Below the pieces are notes generated by a model. The model saw only the letters and a program-made list of their open reading frames with translations. It was not told the origin of the DNA and ran no database searches. From Takakia lepidozioides (taxonomy: Eukaryota > Plantae > Bryophyta), in contig CM060733.1 of assembly GCA_030704615.1 (NCBI GenBank), positions 13,268,001 through 13,332,000 of the forward strand: 64,000 bases of DNA. The letters are read 5' to 3'. Of the stretch, positions 1-14,400 are shown one piece after another (position 1 is the stretch's first letter; each line of letters starts with the position of its first letter). The position numbers were made by a program, and so were the translations under genes.

Positions 1-40
1 CTCTCTCTCTCTTCAAACCCTAAACTTCAAACTCTTTAAA

Positions 41-692
41 CTTGTGAGGCGAAACAGGGGCTGTGTGGATCATATCTTCACTCTAAGCCAGATTATCCAG
101 GGAAGGAAAAAAGAAGGGAAACCCACTTATGTCTTTTTGATGTACTCTCTCCCCTCTGCTCTTCAATGTTTTCATCAATCAACTCCTCGAGGATGTGGAA
201 AGTGAGGGATTTGGGTTAAGGGTGGGTGATACCACCATACCAGCCCTTATGTTTGCGGATGACTTCGCAGGCATAGGGGAGACTCCAACCAATCTCCAGG
301 AGTTGATTGATTGCGCGAAGAGATACTTTGATCTTTGGGGGCTAGAGGCTAATGTCAGCAAATGTGCAGTGGTAGCATTCAACGACAGAGGAGAGGGAGG
401 AAGTGATCTTAAGTGGCAGTGGGGTAGCCAAGAGATCCCGGTCCTCCCTTCCTACACTTACCTGGGCGTTGAGTTTTCCTCCAATTGTAATTGGGATGCA
501 AATATCCGGAAAGTTGTTCAAACTGGCAAGGGCAAAGCTCTGGGGCTCACTAAATTTTTCCACTGCAGAGGGGTCAACTCTGAGGTTAAGAAAACCATGC
601 TTTGTCGCATTATTAGACCTGCCTTGGAGTACGGATCTGCTATATGGGTTGATAACTCCAACCAGGCTAAGTCTCTAGAATCCATTCAAGTG
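41..692 (+). mobile_element. Non-LTR retrotransposon family A, RT-domain fragment
   Basis: RGCVDHIFTL, LSPLLFNVFIN, LMFADD, YTYLGV RT motifs; 345-692 is a near-identical reverse complement of 44170-44518. Confidence 0.9.
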
Positions 693-821
693 CGGGACAA
701 AAGCCAACGGGCACTACCTTTGTGAGGGGCTCACTCCAGTAGTGGGACTTACCATGATATAGACAATTTGATGAAGAATGTACTCACAAGACGTTGTTTG
801 CTGTAGCCTACAATTTGATGA

Positions 822-1736
822 AGAGAGAGATTGTACTCATAAGACGTTGTTTGCCGTAGCCTTGTGGCCATTGACCCCGCGCCCAGTTTGAGCGGGAACA
901 AAAGGGACAGAACCTACCTCTGTCAGGGGCTGACGTTGGTAGTAAGACTTACCTCCATATATAGAATTAATCCGGGTTTTCCAGATATCCTCTAGAAATC
1001 CCTTCACACAAGCATCAATCTGCTGTGTGTGATTTGCCCAAAAACTAGGCCTCAGGAGGGCCTGGGCTTTTGGCTCAGCCTCGAGACTTTCAAAGTTGGT
1101 AAACAGGGGTACAGGCACAATACCCTTAATAGATTTGAAGAGAGCGTCTCTTTGGTGAGAGAACCCCGGACAGTGTATCAGAAAATGAATACTGTCTTCA
1201 GATTGCCCACACAACAGGCAATTGCACTCTCCCTTTCCTCTCTGCTTCTGTTTGCTGTTCAAAGGTAGGCTTCCTGCCCTGAGTTTAAATTTCAGTCTAG
1301 TGCCGAGAGTGGGTAGACCCTTGAGGTCATCCAAGATGTCGTCCCCCATGTCACAGACTGGAAACAAGTTCAGGGAAGTTTTCTGCCTAACTTCATTTTC
1401 ATCAGACAATCTCATGGCAACAGACATGGCTGAGGACACTACAGCCTCTAAGTCAGATTTATCCAGCAGGGTCAAGACTTGCGGATCCAGGTCCAGGTCC
1501 TTGAGGATCTCTTCTACTCTCTTCTGCCAGGACTTGGCCTGTTTGACAGGGCGGTCCTGTTTCCAAGATATAGAGTCGATTAACTTAGGATATCTGGTGT
1601 TGGACATATGTTGCAGCTGACCCCACCATCTGACCTTGAATTCATCTCGTCGGGAGCTTAAGGACGGAATGCCAAACTCACCCCGAACAGCCACATTGGC
1701 TGTTTTGGAGCATGCTGACATACACTCCTTAAGCAC
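822..1736 (-). mobile_element. LINE family A, 3' portion with (CT)n tail
   Basis: ORF 837..1760 with C-terminal CxxC...HFLIHC zinc finger; ends KATANNVL-stop-GTACAATCT(CT)n; near-identical to three other copies. Confidence 0.92.
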
Positions 1737-2183
1737 ACTGGGTGCGGGGTCTCTGGCCACAAGGCTACGGAAAACAACATCTTAGGAGTACATTCTCTCT
1801 GAGCTTCCCACGGACGTTGTAAAGTACCATTTCATTTCATTTCATCTCTCCATCTCCCTCTCTCTTTCTCTCTGACCACAGACAAGTACATGAGGCACTG
1901 GCGGGACTAGCTGTCAAACAGTGGGGAAAGTGGAATACGCATTTGCTGAAGGTTGCTCTGAATGAAAGGCCACGTCAGAAGCATATTCCTCAGTCTGAGC
2001 TCATGAACTTCACTAATAGCTATAAGCCTCCTTGAGTCTTAGTTGCAGAGCAAAGAACTTTCTTTTGAAAACATAGAACACACAACACAAATTCATTTTA
2101 AAGGTTAGCTCCACTGTTCAGGTGTTGAAAGAACAGAGAACCATTTTAAACCATACCTGATGAGAAACCTTTCCTGGATGCAG

Positions 2184-2471
2184 GTGGTGCGTTCGAATGT
2201 GGATGGCCCCAGGAAAATAATGGCAGAGTATGATAGCTTTTTGGACCTGTCTGAAATGGATGTTGATCTGTACATTAAAGAGTTTGGGATGATGGAAAAA
2301 CCCCTTGTCGAATATAGGGAACAGCTGGATATTTATGCTGCAAGAGCTCTGGAGGCTGAGCAGAGGACCGCCAACGAGATTGACTGCAATTTCCTAAAAG
2401 TGCTGGTTGCTGGGTTCAAGCAAAGCTTCATGGACAAGGCTCAATATGTCTGCACTCGCCTCAAAACACAG
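2184..2471 (+). CDS. Dynein HC exon 1 (numbering within window), tail region
   Basis: tgcag|VVRSNVDGP...RLKTQ|gtatgc; phase 0/0. Confidence 0.75.
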
Positions 2472-5400
2472 GTATGCATATAAGGGAAGTCAAAAGAGAA
2501 AAGAAAGCCATGGAGGCTGAGAGGACCCATGAGAAAATGAAATGACATGAAATGGTACTTTATAACGTCCACCGAAAGCTCAATGAGCTTATGGGACAAA
2601 ATGGAAAAAACATGAGAGAGGAACCAAAACCAGAGCCAACAAAACAGCCCAAAAGCAACTACTGCTCAAGGGATTGTCTAAGGGTCAGGGCCTCGTGCAG
2701 GTAAGCTGGCAAGCATTTTTTATCCTCATAGCGGAAGACTTCGGTGAGAGATTGAGTTCCACGGAATAGACAGTGGAATCTCCCATGGGTGTCATAATAT
2801 AAAGGGCAATAAAAGTAGAAGTGTTCTCCAGTTTCAATTTCCTAGTTGCGCCCAGTGCAAGCTGGGCATAGGCAGTCCTCCCGATGCAAAATAAAAAAAT
2901 AAAAAAGAAAAGAATAGAAATGAAATGGTACTTTATACCGCTCAGGGGAAGCTGAAAGAGCTCATAGGACAAGAGGAAGCAGGAGACATGAATGTACATG
3001 AAAGGCTTTGTTTGCTGTAGCCTGAAAGAAGAAAGAGATTGTACTCATAAGACGTTGTTTGCCGTAGCCTTGTGGCCATTGACCCCGCGCTCAGTTTGAG
3101 CGGGAACAAAAGGGACAGAACCTACCTCTGTCAGGGGCTGACGTTGGTAGTAAGACTTACCTCCATATATAGAATTAATCCGGGTTTTCCAGATATCCTC
3201 TAGAAATCCCTTCACACAAGCATCAATCTGCTGTGTGTGATTTGCCCAAAAACTAGGCCTCAGAAGGGCCTGGGCTTTTGGCTCAGCCTCGAGACTTTCA
3301 AAGTTGGTAAACAGGGGTACAGGCACAATACCCTTAATAGATTTGAAGAGAGCGTCTCTTTGGTGAGAGAACCCCGGACAGTGTATCAGAAAATGAATAC
3401 TGTCTTCAGATTGCCCACACAACGGGCAATTGCACTCTCCCTTTCCTCTCTGCTTCTGTTTGCTGTTCAAAGGTAGGCTTCCTGCCCTGAGTTTAAATTT
3501 CAGTCTAGTGCCGAGAGTGGGTAGACCCTTGAGGTCATCCAAGATGTCGTCCCCCATGTCACAGACTGGAAACAAGTTCAGGGAAGTTTTCTGCCTAACT
3601 TCATTTTCATCAGACAATCTCATGGCAACAGACATGGCTGAGGACACTACAGCCTCCAAGTCAGATTTATTCAGCAGGGTCAAGACTTGCGGATCCAGGT
3701 CCAGGTCCTTGAGGATCTCTTCTACTCTCTTCTGCCAGGACTTAGAAGAAAGAGAGAGGGGCCACAAGCAGCCCGAAAGCAACTATTGCTTAAGGATTGT
3801 CATGGAGGTAAGCTGCCAAGCAATCCTCACAATGGAAGGCCTCTGTGAGAGATTGGATATCACGGAATAGACAGATGAATCTCCCACGGATTTCATGGTG
3901 GAAAGGGCAGTGAAAGAAGAAATGTTTTTGACTTTCGATTTCCCTGTAGTTCCCAGCGCAAGCGGGGCATAGGTGGACATCACGTTACAGATTTTGCCAC
4001 CTACCAGTCTCTATCTGCAGACTGTGGGAGCCCATGCTGAACTGCCCCAATGCCCTCAGAAGAGAGGGAGATAGAGCGGCAGATCGGTAATTAGGCTGCA
4101 AGATCATATCATCACGGAGAACCAAGAATGTCTCCCAATAGAAGTGCAGTTTTGTTGTTGATGTGGCTGGTTTCCATGTCGCATGCAGTTCCATAAGTTC
4201 TCTTCTGATGCATCTATGTGGTCTTATTTGGATGCAATTTGCACCCCTCCGTATTTTGTGGCAGTAGGTAATCAACGGAGAGAAAGAAAAGAAATGAAAT
4301 GAAATGAGATGGAACTTTATAACGTCCGCAGAAAGCTCAAAGAGCTTATGGGACAGAAGAAAAGCAAGAAACAATTGCTGTTCAGGTCTGTGTTCTCTGT
4401 CACATGAGCAATTTGATTGATTGCTTGATACAGCCTGTGCATACAATGAGGTGCCACAGCCAATAGCTGTCCAATGGTAATATCAGCTTTGGACTGGCAT
4501 ATTACTTCAGCCAAAGTCCCTTCATTACCTTGCACTTGTGCAGCTTCTTGCTTCACTTGCTCTTCACCTTCTTCATCTTCTCTCTCAGAGTCAGAAGAAT
4601 CTGCCATAGGGATATCAGTATCCTTCTGCATCTCCCTTATGGTATTAGCCACTTCCTTGTGCAGTTCCTTCTCATCTCTCCAAGCCTCATCATCTTCAGG
4701 CACATCACTGCCATCTTCATTATCATCTTCTTCCTCATCCACTGGAGGTATTAGTTTAGCTTTGCTTCTGGTCACTATCATTGTACTTACTTATGGTACA
4801 AAACTTGGCCTAACCATGTGAGCTGCCACCACTGGGCCTTCATTCACATGAGCTCTCATCTCATTCTGGTGTCTGATCCAGAATGGACAGGCTGCTTTGC
4901 GATGTCCTGTCTGATTACAATAGTAATACAAATGAATAAAAAATAAAAGTGAAGCCAGAAGCAGCCAAAAGCAACTACTGCTCAAGGGATTGTCTAGGTC
5001 AAAGCTTTGTGCAGAAAAGCTGCCAAGCATTTCCTATCCTCATAATGGAAGACTTCTGTGAGAGATTGGGTTTCACGGCACAGACAGTGGGATCTCGTAG
5101 TAAAGAGGGCAGTAAAAGAAGAAGTGGTCTTCAGTTTCGATGCAACAGTTGGGCCCAGTGCATGCTGGGCATAGGTGGTCTTCTCGCTGCAAGTTTTCCC
5201 ATCTACCAGTCTCTCATCTGTAAACCCTGAATCACCCCAATGCCCTCAGAAGAGAGGGAGATAAAGGTGCAGACAAGTAATTAGGCTGCAAGATTCTATC
5301 ATCACGGAGAGCTAAGAATGTCTCTTGGTAGAAATGGAGTTTTGTTGTTAGAGTGGCCAGCTTCCATGTTTGCCTGACAGGGAGTTCCATAAGTTCTCTT

Positions 5401-8400
5401 CTGATGAGTCTGTCGCGATCTTGTTTGGATCTGATTTCCACCCTTTCTGTATTTTGTGGCAATAGGGAAGCAACAGAGAGTCCAAACCGCAAACCCGAGC
5501 ATATCAGGAGGGCTTGAAGCCTGCTGTATGGAGCCTGATAGATGTTTCGAGGGCCCTTGCTGTGAGTCCTGTGGGGTTCAAGGCTCATAACCTTTTAAGA
5601 CAGATTGTAAGCCTAAAACCAGCTTCGGTATGATGTGGCACACATACAAACTCTGCACATAGAATGTGTGCAGAAATGAAATGAAATGAAATGGTGCTTT
5701 ATAACGTCCGCGGACAGCTCATAGAGCTTATGGGACAGAAAGAAAGGAACTTTGTAATGTCCACAGGGGTCATGAGTGCCCAAGGGACAAGGTGAAACAA
5801 AGAAATGACCATTTCAGGGTACATCAAGTGACACCCTAAGACAAAGGAAGGGCCTCAAGAAGGCCATAAGGCACTTTGGATCTTCAAAGCTGAAGGCCTC
5901 TGCTAAGGTGTGGGAATCTCTAGAAACACAGTAGTATTTCCCATGTATCTTGTAATATGCGGGGCAGGAGAAGAAGCGGTGGTGTTCTGTTTGCACTTCC
6001 GCAAAGGTGCAGACCAGATTGTAGTTTCTTGTGTTTTGTCGTTAGACCATTTCCCTCTCAATATGCACAGCCTATGAAAGCCAACACAGAAGGCACGGAG
6101 GGCTTGTATGAGGGCTGTAGAAAATTTTCCAGAGAGGTAGGAGGATTATCTGGTTATTCTTGATTTTGAGAAAGTTCTATCTGTAGAATTTGAGAGAGGT
6201 GGTGAGTTGTCTCTCTGGGCCCCATGTTTGTTGCACATAAAAATTCTTGAATAAGCCTGTTCCTCTCGTTCTTGGTAAGTCCAGTGGTGGGTGAAAGGAA
6301 GGAGTCTAGTTGTGTTGAGATTGTAGCATACAAGGAACTTGCTCGGACATAGTACCGGCACCTTTTGGATCCTTTCTCAAATAAGTGTTGAGTAGGGCCC
6401 TTGCTGGTAGCCATTATTTTGTTAGGGACCAGATCCGAACAAGGAAGACGAAAATTCTGGAAATGTCCACAGAAGGCCACAAAGGCTCATGGAAGAATTT
6501 TGTCATCTGAGAAAGGATCCAAGGAATGCAAGCGGAGCAGAGAGAGAGAAATGAAATGAAATGATACTCTATAACGTCCACGGAAAGCTCAAAGAGCTTA
6601 TGGGACAAGAGGAAGCAAGAAACAAGAGAGAGAGGGGCCACAAGGAGCCCAAAAGCAACTATTGCTCAAGCGGTTGTCTAAGAGTCAACGATTCGTGCAT
6701 GTAAGCTGCCAAGCATTTCTGATCCTCTCAATGGAAGACCTCCATGAGAGATTGGGTATCCTGGAATATACAATTGAATCTCCCACGGATCTCATAGTAG
6801 AAAGGGCAGTGAAAGTCTTCACTTTCGATTTCCCTGTAGTTCCAGTGCAAGCGGTGCATAGGCGGTCATCAGATTTATGCCAGAGACTGGCATAAACCTG
6901 CAGGGAGATAGAGTGGCGGACAGGTAACTGGGTGGCAAGGTGCTATTGTCATGGAGGACCAAGTATGTCTCCTGATAGAAAGAAGAAAGTAACTTCATAA
7001 CGTCCACAGACAGAGAAATGAAATGGTTCAGAGAAATGACATGAAATGGTGCTTTATAACATCCGCCGAGAGAGAGCTTTACAACGTCCACGGAGAGAGA
7101 TTAATGGTGCTTGAAATAGAGGGGGGGGAAAGGATTGATGTAATGAGAAAAGTCAGTTTGTGTTGTGCCCCTTTCCTCAAACAGTCATACAAGAAACTGC
7201 AGACATGAAAGTATGAAGATGAGTACAGGGAGCGAAGGAGAAAGAGTTTACTCTTTGCCCACTGTTAGGAATCAACTCATGAATGTGACCAATTCTCTAT
7301 TAGGTTTTGGGGATGATGAGCAAATCCAACAGGGAGGTTGTGGCACGCTATGAGCACATTGCTGAAACTCTAGCAAAAGAGCCCACCAACTCTGAGGAGG
7401 CTACAACTCTGCGAAAGTACGTTTTGTTTGTAGGGAGTATTTATCCAGTTCTTCCTTTTCCATCCGATTGATGGTAGTTATGTTATTACAAGGCCATGTT
7501 GGCCAGGTACATATGTCTAGTTCATTTGAAGTACCTCGTGTGCAGTCATGATTTTGTTTGTCATGTCTTTGTCACTAGATGTCAGTATTTGGTGTGGCTA
7601 TTTATGGTATTATGATGCAACTTTGAAGGGGGAGGGGAGAAGAATGGACGAACTGAAGCTAGTTGAAGAGTAGCTGGATTACTAACTATCCCACATCCTT
7701 CACCTTTCCCTCTCCTATTTGTAGGTTTATGTTTGCAGCCCCCAATGAAATGGCAGTGTTGGAGAGGACGACAGCTGACAATAAACTTAGGGAAATTTGG
7801 TTGGAGCAAGCTCAATTTGGCATCCCGGAGCACGATTTTCATGTACTTGTGTGCTCAATGGAATGGCCAAAGCGAGTTCGTACAATAATCCAAGTCCACC
7901 AAAAACGCATTCAAGAAGAATATGACCATTATGAGGCTGATCTGAAAAAGAAACGTGCCGAATTTGCTGTACTCCTGGAAGAGTATGCTCCATGTTCCTT
8001 CCTTTCTAGGAATATTTCCTAATCTAAAATGCTCTGGTGGGTAGTACATCAATTCAATCGCATAATACTGGTTAAGAAACTGGAAAGTGTATGATTTAGG
8101 AGAAGTCAAATGAAATGATATGATAATGTATGATGTCGGTGGAAAGCTCTAAGAGCTTATGGGACAAGAGAAAACACGAAACAAGAAAGAGAGTGGGGCC
8201 CTGAACTGGCAGCCCAAAAATAGCTATTGATGAAGTGATTGTCTCGATGTTAGCCTCATGCAGATATACTGCCAATCATTTATGATCCTCCTCGTGAAAT
8301 ACATTTGTAAGGGATTGACTATCATGTCCACTCGAGGTCCAAATGTCACAAGTAGACCAACATTATTTTGAGGACCGAGACATGCTCATGAGACGTTCTT

Positions 8401-11400
8401 TGCTGTAGCTGTGGCCATAGATCACATGCCCAGCTTACATGGAACAAGAGGGAACAGACACTAACTTTGTGAGGGTCTCTCTCCAGTAGTGGAACTTACC
8501 TTGGTATAAACAATTTGTTCGGCTTTCCAGATTTCCTCTAGAAAGCCCTTCACATAAGCATCAATCTGCTGTGTGTAAGCTGCCCAGCAAATAGACCCCA
8601 ACAGGGCAGCTCATTTTGAAAGTTGGTGAACATGTGCAGGGACTATTTTCTTTATGGTTGCTCTGTGAGAATACCACGGAAATTGTATCAGGGAATGGAA
8701 ATTGTCTTCATGTCGCCCACACATCTGGCACTGACAATCTCCCTTTTCTGCATCTGTTTATTGTTCAAGGTCAACTACTGGCCCTAGTTTAAATTCCAAT
8801 CTAGTGCCCAGGGTAGGTAGGCCTTCAGATTATCCTTAAGGTCCTCACCCATGTCACAAACTGGAAACAACTTTTTATACCAAATGGATCTGTTATGGCC
8901 TCAGTTCTGAAGAGTGCCAAAGGAATCTTGATCAAGGCTATAGATATAGACATGCTGCAATGAGAGTGGATATCAGTTTATTTGAGAGTCAGCTGATGGA
9001 TTGTCAAGGGGATGGTAAAGAGTGGGCGTGTCTTGGTCTGGTATGACAGTGTACCAGGTGAAAAAAGGGGTGGTTGTTCCATTCAATCTCATGCAGGGTA
9101 TATAGCAGATCAAATTGAGAGTAATCTACCCCATGCATTTTATATGAATGTGTGGAATGTTTCAACTCCATCTGAAATGACTCAGCGCTCTCAAGTTATG
9201 TGGAAACATGACAGACAGGGAGTAAAGTATTGAGGCATGATAGTGCGGGTCTCTTTCAGATGAATTTTGATTGTCTGTGAAAGTGGAGCTTTGGGATGAG
9301 CTTGTGGTCTGACCTGATCTCTTGTTCACATGATGCTTCTGAAGTCCACTGATTAGCTTCTTCCTGTCTAGGGTCAGATCCAATGGGGTAGTGTCTGTGT
9401 AGATGGGCCATGTCTCAGGAGTGAGTCCCCGAGTTTCCTCATCCTCTGTGGTTATCCTCATGGAAGTTCTTGGAGCTCTTGTGAGCAGCTAATCTGGGGT
9501 CTACTGAAGCCTGATGATCTGGATGCATGCCTTTGGCTCCGTGGAACAGTGTCGAAGTCTTCCAAGGCAATATCAAATGGTCTCGTTCTTGGCCCAATCA
9601 TCCTGGCAGGAGAAATGAAATGAAAATGAAAATGGTACTTTATAACGTCCGCAGAAAGCTCAAAGAGCTTATGGGACAAAATGGAAAAAAACAAGAGAGA
9701 CGAAACAAAACCAGAGCCAGAAAACAGCCCAAAAGCAACTACTGCTCAAGGGATTGTCTAAGGGTCAAGGCCTCGTGCAGGTAAGCTGTCAAGCATTTCT
9801 GATCCTCATAGTGGAAGACCTCAGTGAGAGCTTGAGTTCCACAGAGTAGGCAGTGGAATCTCCCACGGGTGTCATAATATAGAGGGCAATAAAAGTAGAA
9901 GTGTTCTTCAGTTTCAATTTCCTGGTTGCACCCGGTGCAAGCTGGGCATTGGCGGTCTTCCCGTTGTAGGTTTTCCCATCTGCCAGTCTCTATCCGTACA
10001 GTGTGGGAGCCCACCCTGAACCGCCCCAATGCCCTCAGGAGGGAAGGAGATAAAGGTGCCGAAAGGTAATCGGGCTGCAAGATTCTATCATCGTGGAGAA
10101 TCAAGAATGTCCCCCGATAGAAATGGAGTTTTGCTGTGAGATTGGGTAGCTTCCAAGTTCTCCTGACATGTAGTTCCATAAGTCCCCTTCTACTGAGTCT
10201 GTTGCAATCCTGTTCGGATGAGATATCCACCCATTCTGGATTCTCTGGCAATAGTCAAGCAATAGAGTCCATTGTGCTAAAAAAAACTGCACACTCGAGC
10301 ATACCAGGAGTGCTTGAAACCTGCTGTTTTGAGCCTAATAGATGTTGCGAGGGCTCTTGCCACGAGCCCCTTGGGTGGAAGGGCTTGTAACCTCTTAAGA
10401 AAGATTGTAGGCCAGAAGAGGGCCTTGGTTTGAAGTGGCACGCATGCAAACTCTGCACATAGGATGTGAGATGGAGTTGTGCCTCTGGCACCAAGCATTG
10501 CTTGGAGAAAAGATGACTGCAATGGTTCCAGTTTTTTTTCCCACCAGGAAACTGGGACACCAGGTGCCCAGAACTCACAACCACAAGTGGCGGCCGGGGT
10601 GACAATGCTGTCATATAGCCACTTTTTGATTGGGGGTGGGCGCAGATGTATCTGTTTGCGTTTGGCCTGAAGGCGGATGGAGGCAGCCTTGCCCTTCATA
10701 AGAGAGAAACCTTCAGGAGCTAGACAATCTGCTTCCATCCTGACTCTGTAAATGCCATGGGGGTGACAAAGAGTACATTCAGTTTGACCGGTCCTTTTCT
10801 AGTGTTTATTGAGCCCCTTATCCTATTTGGATGCCCCCACCTGTATGGCTGTTTCTTGCCATGGCAAGGCCCTGATCGATTTTTTTTGGTTATTAAGGTT
10901 GTAAAGGGAACTAAAAACAGGCAAGAAAAGGAGAGGATGGTCTCATTGACAATTCATCCTACAGATTGGCTTAAAATTGACCTGGAGGGCACAGTCTCTG
11001 AATCATAGCAACATTCCCACCGTTGATTGTTAGGTTTCTAGAAGGGTATGGAAAGTCATCTTGAAATTGCCCATGACAATTGGTTGGCTACAGATGTGAG
11101 AAATGAAATGAAATGGTACTTTATAACGTCCGCGGAAAGCTCATAGAGCTTATGGGACAAAATGGAAACATGAGAGAGGAACAAGTCCAGAAACCACAAT
11201 TAATGTTCTAGCGAATGTCGAAGGGTGAAGGCCTCGTGCAGGTAGGCTGCCAAGCATTTTTGATCCTCATAGTGGAAGACATCAGTGAGAGTTTGGGTTC
11301 CACTGAATAAACAATGGAATCTCCCACGGATCTCGTAGTATAGAGGGCAGTAGAAGAAGAAGTGTTCTTCAGTTTCGATTTCCTGGCTGCGCCCTATGCA

Positions 11401-14400
11401 AGCTGGACATAGGCGGTCCTCCCGTTGCAGGTTTTCCCATCTGCCAGTCTCTATCCGTATGCTGTGGGAACCCACCCTGAACCGCCCCAATGCCCTCAGG
11501 AGGGAAGGAAGAAAGAAAGAAAGAGACTTCAAACTTGTGTCCGTGGAAGGCGCAAGGGTTGCCACACTCAACGACCCTTCCATACTCTTCCGAGAAATGA
11601 TCTCATCCCGCTGTCGCTTATAACTAGTGATCGGAATGTCCTTGGAAAGCTCAAAGACCTTATGGGATGAGCGAAAGCACGAAATAAGAAAGAGAGGGGC
11701 CTTCCACAAAGGAGTCCAAAAACTACTACTGTTCAAGGGATTGTGTAAGAGTCAAGAACTCACGCAGAGATGCTGCTAATCATTTCTGGGAGAAAGAACA
11801 GGAAGAAGAGAGAAGAAAGGAATTTTATAACGTCTATGGGAAGTTCAAAAAGACTATATATTCACATTTGACCTTCCTTTTGTCTGTGCTGGTAATATGG
11901 GACATACAGGTATGAAGTCAGGATAAAGGTCTTTGAAACATATGGAGACATTGAGAAAAGTGTGTCCATCTCCAATGATGCTAGGGTAAGCTGTTTCTTG
12001 GACCTAACGTATAGACGCTTAGATGCTGGGAAAGTTGAGAAAAAGATCCAGAGCTATTGTTCACACTTCCATGAATTGCTCTAGGGATATATGTTCTGAA
12101 ATACTGGTGATACTTAATACATGAATGGTTTTCTTTTGACAGGAAATTTATAATGGTCTGGAAAAAGCAAATGACACTGCAGAGGCCATCAATGCTGAGG
12201 AACTGTTGTTTGGGATGCCACTTACCAAGTTCCCTCAGATACAGACACTAACCTCAGCGCTGGACCCCTACTACAAGCTGTGGACCATAGCTGACCTTTT
12301 CAAGCGGAACAAGGAAGTTTGGATGACAGCGCAACTAAACTCTTTGGACACTGAAAAGATTGAAGGAGATGTATGTGCACATTTGTTAAAACTTGCACGT
12401 GAAAAATCTAGAACTGGGTGTTTCACATTTCTGGGAGTACTCTTTTAAATGGAAAGAGAAATGAGCTGATCAGGAATTGGTGTCTCCAATTCTACTTCCG
12501 TTATCATTCTTCTTTTCCATGAATCAGCCTTCACCAAAGCTTGATTGGTGATATTATCACAATTTGTTAGCATTGCAGGTGATGAACTGGTTCAGAGTGA
12601 TCTTCAAACTGGTTCGGTCGTTTGAGGAAAAGCTGCCTGAGCCATGCAAGGTTGCAACAGCATTGAAAGGGTTTATCGACCGCTTCAAAGAAACTCTTCC
12701 TCTCTTCCGGTGCCTGTGCAACCCAGGTACATTCTTACCAAGTGGTAAATTGTTGTCAATGCCATTCAATGAAGATATACTAGTGAACTTTGCTTGCTGT
12801 TTCCTTGTGGCCACTGGTCTTGAGGGGGCAGAGAACGGGAGAGATTGGGTGGGGGGTGGTTGTTAAAGCTGTGTAGAGCTGTCTGCCATGCTATCAAGAC
12901 TTTCATTTATGACGTTTGACTGGTGTTTCCACCTTTTCCTCACCGGAAGAAGAAGGGATAAAGAAAGGGAGAAAGGCAGAAGGAAATGTAATGGAACTCT
13001 ATAACATCTGCAATGTAAGAAAGAAATCGTTACTATCTCTGTGGGAGGCTCAAAGTGCCCGAGGATTACAACAGAGACAGCCAAGGATATACCAAATTAA
13101 TGGGGGAGAAGTACAAGCCACAGGACACAGAATAAGGCCCTCTGGCCTCGGTACTTGACGGACAACAGTCCTAGACAGCTCTTGTAGTGGTCAGTAAATA
13201 CTTTTCAAGCTTGCTGAGCTTGTTGTGGACATGATGAGGGGCCTTCTTCCTCCTCCCTGCCTTCGTTTCTTTCTTTGTGATCGAGCAAAAGTTTTTATTC
13301 TTGGCTCTCGTTTTGTTTCCTCTCTAAGGTTTTCTTCCATTTTGTCCGATAAGCTCTATGAGCTTTCCGGGACGTTATAAAGCACCATTTTATTTCATTT
13401 GTGATCCCATGAATGCAGTGAATTGTTGTCTTCATCTTCTTTCTCCCTATCAGCTCTATCTCCCTCTCTTCCAAGTTTACTACCAACGTCAGCCCCTGAC
13501 CGAGGTAGGTTCTGTCCCTTTGTGTTCCGCTCAAACTGGGCGCGGGGTCAATGGCCACAAGGCTACGGCAAACAACGTCTTATGAGTACATTCTTCCAAG
13601 TGCATTGAGGAGGTTTAGGGTGGGCTCCCACAGTCTGCAGTTTAAGACTGGTAGGTAGGACAATCGGCAATGTGCGCCTGTGCCTGCTTATGCTGGAAAC
13701 AACAGGGAAATCGAAAGTGGAGAACATTTCCTCTATCACTACCCTCTCTACAATGGGATCCATGGGAGATTCTATTGTCTATTCTGATATACCCAATCTC
13801 TCACAGAGATCTTCCATTACGAGGATCAGAATTGCTTAGCAGCATATTTGCATGAGGCGTTGACTCTTAGACAATCCCTTGAGCAATCGTTCTTTTTGGG
13901 CTGCTTTGTGGGGTCCCTCTTTCTTTCTTGTGGTTTCTGGACTTGTTCCTCTCTCATGTTTCCATTTTGTCCCATAAGCTCTATGAGCTTTCCGCGGACG
14001 TTATAAAGTACCATTTCATTTCATTTCATTTCATGGTTTCTCGTCCCATAAGCTCTTTGAGCTTTCCAGGGATGTTGTAAAGTTTCATTTCATTTCATTT
14101 CTCCAACTCTACATATTGTGTGTGAAGTCCCACAGCTGCAGTGAGCCTCCCTACCCTCTCTCTTAAAGTGGGCATGAGGTCATGATATCTCAAGCAACAT
14201 CTGCTGACTACTATATGCCGCTTCTTCTGAGGCTCTGTCTGAACGTTTTTACATTTCTCCGTATCTGCATTCCTTCTTCTCTACTGTGCCCATAGGTTGT
14301 CTTGGCATCCCGCTGACACTAAGAAAGTTCCCCTCTTTTTTTTATAAAGCACCATTTCATTTCATTTCATTTCCTTCTAATTTTCTTCAAAAACACTTCA

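Noticed and set aside
1222-1620. Recurrent 132-aa and 79-aa + strand ORFs (also at 3430, 43651, 57526)
   Set aside because: They are antisense shadows of the family A ORF and recur only because the copies are near-identical.
4317-4781. Acidic 154-aa ORF as a nested host gene
   Set aside because: It is flanked by and fused to LINE fragments and adjoins a CCHC knuckle, so it is better explained as a gag remnant.
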